NCBI GenBank assembly: GCA_040285825.1
Contig: JAUPSS010000001.1
Span: forward strand, 1,302,001 to 1,366,000
Direction: 5' to 3'
Source: Eukaryota sp. TZLM1-RC
Taxonomy: Eukaryota; Protista; Metamonada: BaSk clade
Length of the DNA: 64,000 bases
Shown here: positions 61,629 through 64,000 of the stretch, piece after piece
How positions within the stretch are numbered: position 1 is the first letter of the stretch
How the letters are laid out: every line of letters starts with the position of its first letter
Made by a program: the position numbers and the translations under genes
Notes under the pieces: model-generated
The model's database searches: none
Told to the model about the DNA's origin: nothing
The model's input: only the letters and a program-made list of their open reading frames with translations

Positions 61629-64000
61629 TTGCATAAACTTTAAGTCTGCAAACAACATCATGTCGAAGTCTTTAGGATCAGCAGAAGGCACACTGAGCTT
61701 CAGACTCGGTAGTGTAACCCAATTAGTTCATGTGAAACATAGCTTGGCCATCATTCCTGGCAACAATATGTTACTAATTGGTAGAGACCTGCTGCATCAC
61801 CTAGGCTTATTGAACGATGAAGGCCTCTTCATCAAGATGGATGAGGAACATCGTACATTACTTCTGCCTGAGGCTGAATTCGACCATCGAATCTCCCAAG
61901 TCTCAGATGTCGTCAACGTCCCCAGACGTTGGTTGGAGCACATACAGTCTTCTGGTTGTACTATTAACCTCGACTGTGACAACGACAAGAAGACCTTACT
62001 TCTAACCTTGAAAGAGTTCGAAGAGACATTCACCCTTAAGCCGCATGCTGATGGGATTGACTGTCCTCCAATGGAGATCAACTTTCACGATGAAAGTATT
62101 CGAGTCAGACGACCCCCTCGTAGGTTAAACCCCGAGAAACAGAAAGTCGCCGAACAGATCTTCGATGAACTCGTCGAGTCTGGATTTGCTGTACCATCGA
62201 ACCATGAGTTCAGCTCTCCAGTATGTCTTGTGGTATACCCTGATCATCGTAAGCCTCGTCTTACTGGTGATTACAGCGGCAAGGACGGAGTCAACGCCAA
62301 CACTATTCCCGTTGAACCTAATCTCCCCAGAATATCCGATGTGCTAGTCTTCCTTTCAGAAGCCAATTTCATCGGTACCCTTGACCTCCCAAAGCCTTTT
62401 GGCAACTAAAAATTGCAGAAAAGGACTGGGAGAAGACTGCCTTAAGCATCCCTGGCAAAAAGCATCATGTTTAAACGTGCTGCTTTCGGCCTCAAGAACG
62501 TTCCTGCAGTTTTCCAGAACGTTATGGCAGACATCTTCTCCGGAGACGGTGTATTCATCTATATAGATGACATCATTATAGTAGGTAGAACTTTCAACGA
62601 GTTCCTCGGACGTCTAAGACGTGTCCTCGAGAAGGCTCGAACCCGTAGAGTTAGCCTTGGACTGCCCAAGTGCCATTTTGTGTCCTCTAGACACCCAATA
62701 AAGATCCTTGGTAGCAGATTCCAACACAAAACCAGGACCATTGATCCTACACGCACAGAGTCTTTACTGAATCTTCCCAGACCTAAGACTGTGAAAGACG
62801 CCCGTAGCCTTATCGGCTCAGTCAACTTCATTAGGGAATGGCTTCCCAGGTAACCAAGCATGTTGCCCCGATCATCAAACTAACACACGGCAAACCACGT
62901 CGCCTGCAGTGGAAAGACACTCACGACCACCATTTAGCCGAAATCAAACGCCTGATCGCGGAGCATATGCCTCTAAACTTACCTCCGGTGGATAACCAAG
63001 TACTAATTAGTTGCGATGCCTCTGATATAGCAGTTGGCGGCGTGATTTGGGAACAATTAGAACCCACTAAGGACCCTGGTACTTCCTTACTCAATAGGAA
63101 ATGTAGACCAATCAGCTTCTTCAGCAGATTGTTGACTAACTCCCAGCAGAACTGGCCCACGGTACAGAAAGAGCTTTACGCTATCCTTCTCATGCTTACC
63201 GAAAGTGGCTTCGAGAACTACCTCAAAGGAAGGCGCCTGATCATTTTCACAGATCACCAAAACCTTACTTACATGCTCACCGCTCCGAACAAAAACAGAA
63301 TAGTCAGAAGGTGGCTTCCCATCTTTTCTGAGTTCCTATTCGACATAGTTCATACAAAAGGGGAAGAGAACCATTGGGCAGACATGCTATCTAGGATAGT
63401 ACCGCCCCAAGACAATCATACCATCAACCATCTGGTACATTCTAATGACCAAGAGTTTCACCCTATCTACTACACAAATAGGATTGACGAAACTGAGTCA
63501 GAGAGATGCTTCGTTGAAGATCTCCATACATTTGAGAAGGTGCTCATCCTTCAAGACAGATGCTCCAATGACCTTCCACTCTTCGAGCCATGGCTCTGCA
63601 AGATCAGGTCCGAACAAAAGCGAGCCCTCGCTAACCAGGACACCTCATTTAACAACTGTACTTTGGATAGTCGTCTAGATCTTTATCTGACTCCAGAGCA
63701 CAAGATCGTGATTCCTCAATCACTGGTTAAGGATACGCTTAACCTTCTACATGGACTCCCGCAAGGTGGCCACCCCAGTAAGGCAGAAAGTCTCCTCAGA
63801 CTCAAGAACAGCGACTACTGGTGGCCTAACATGCTTTCAGACATGACCAAGCACGTCCAAGAATGCCCCTCCTGTCAGAAGACAGCAGCAGTCCCCAAAC
63901 TGCATGTCCCTACAACTGGTTCCTTGTGGGCTGACAGACCATTCGCAAGAGTTAACGTCGACGTCATTGGTCCTCTTCCTGAAGATCAAGACGGCCACAG

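Larger units (their letters stand above)
54091..64000 (+). mobile_element. Gypsy LTR retrotransposon, family C (related to A), with 3763-bp internal tandem duplication; runs off the window
   Basis: TGTTAG-start LTR similar to family A (54091 to about 54245, end inferred by analogy); ATG inside the LTR (54222); Gag, PR (IDSGA), RT (YIDD), RH and IN-HHCC; inserted after TATA in the family B copy. Confidence 0.93.

Noticed and set aside
55395-62860. Frameshifts in families B and C as programmed ribosomal frameshifts
   Set aside because: They are mostly single-base homopolymer indels that differ between near-identical copies, and family A has one continuous ORF. Sequencing error or decay is more likely.

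Overview
AT-rich eukaryotic DNA, probably from a microbial eukaryote (it has a 29-nt GT-AG intron, AATAAA signals and RCC1-repeat surface-protein genes). Mobile elements dominate the window. Ty3/Gypsy, chromovirus-like LTR retrotransposons with very short LTRs (77-155 bp) and 4-bp TSDs include one fully intact 7.4-kb copy (19071-26471, single 2379-aa ORF), one full-length frameshifted copy (40293-47352) and several nested or truncated copies. There are also many decayed CRE-like non-LTR elements (RT plus restriction-like endonuclease). Host genes are an RCC1-repeat pseudogene, a secreted Asn-rich protein with an integrin-beta-like vWA domain, a very large and internally duplicated RCC1/beta-helix/TIG/Cys-rich multi-TM surface-protein pseudogene, a bacterial-type ketopantoate reductase and an intron-containing YccF-domain membrane protein. 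Main observation: in all three LTR families whose 5' end is visible, there is no tRNA-type primer-binding site. Instead the LTR's terminal CA starts a perfect 12-bp palindrome CAATA-NN-TATTG inside a longer stem with a fixed 2-nt bulge, and the stem shows compensatory substitutions between families. This suggests a tRNA-independent, palindrome- or dimer-based priming or dimerization mechanism different from Tf1-type self-priming. The mechanism is inference; the structure is seen directly in the sequence.
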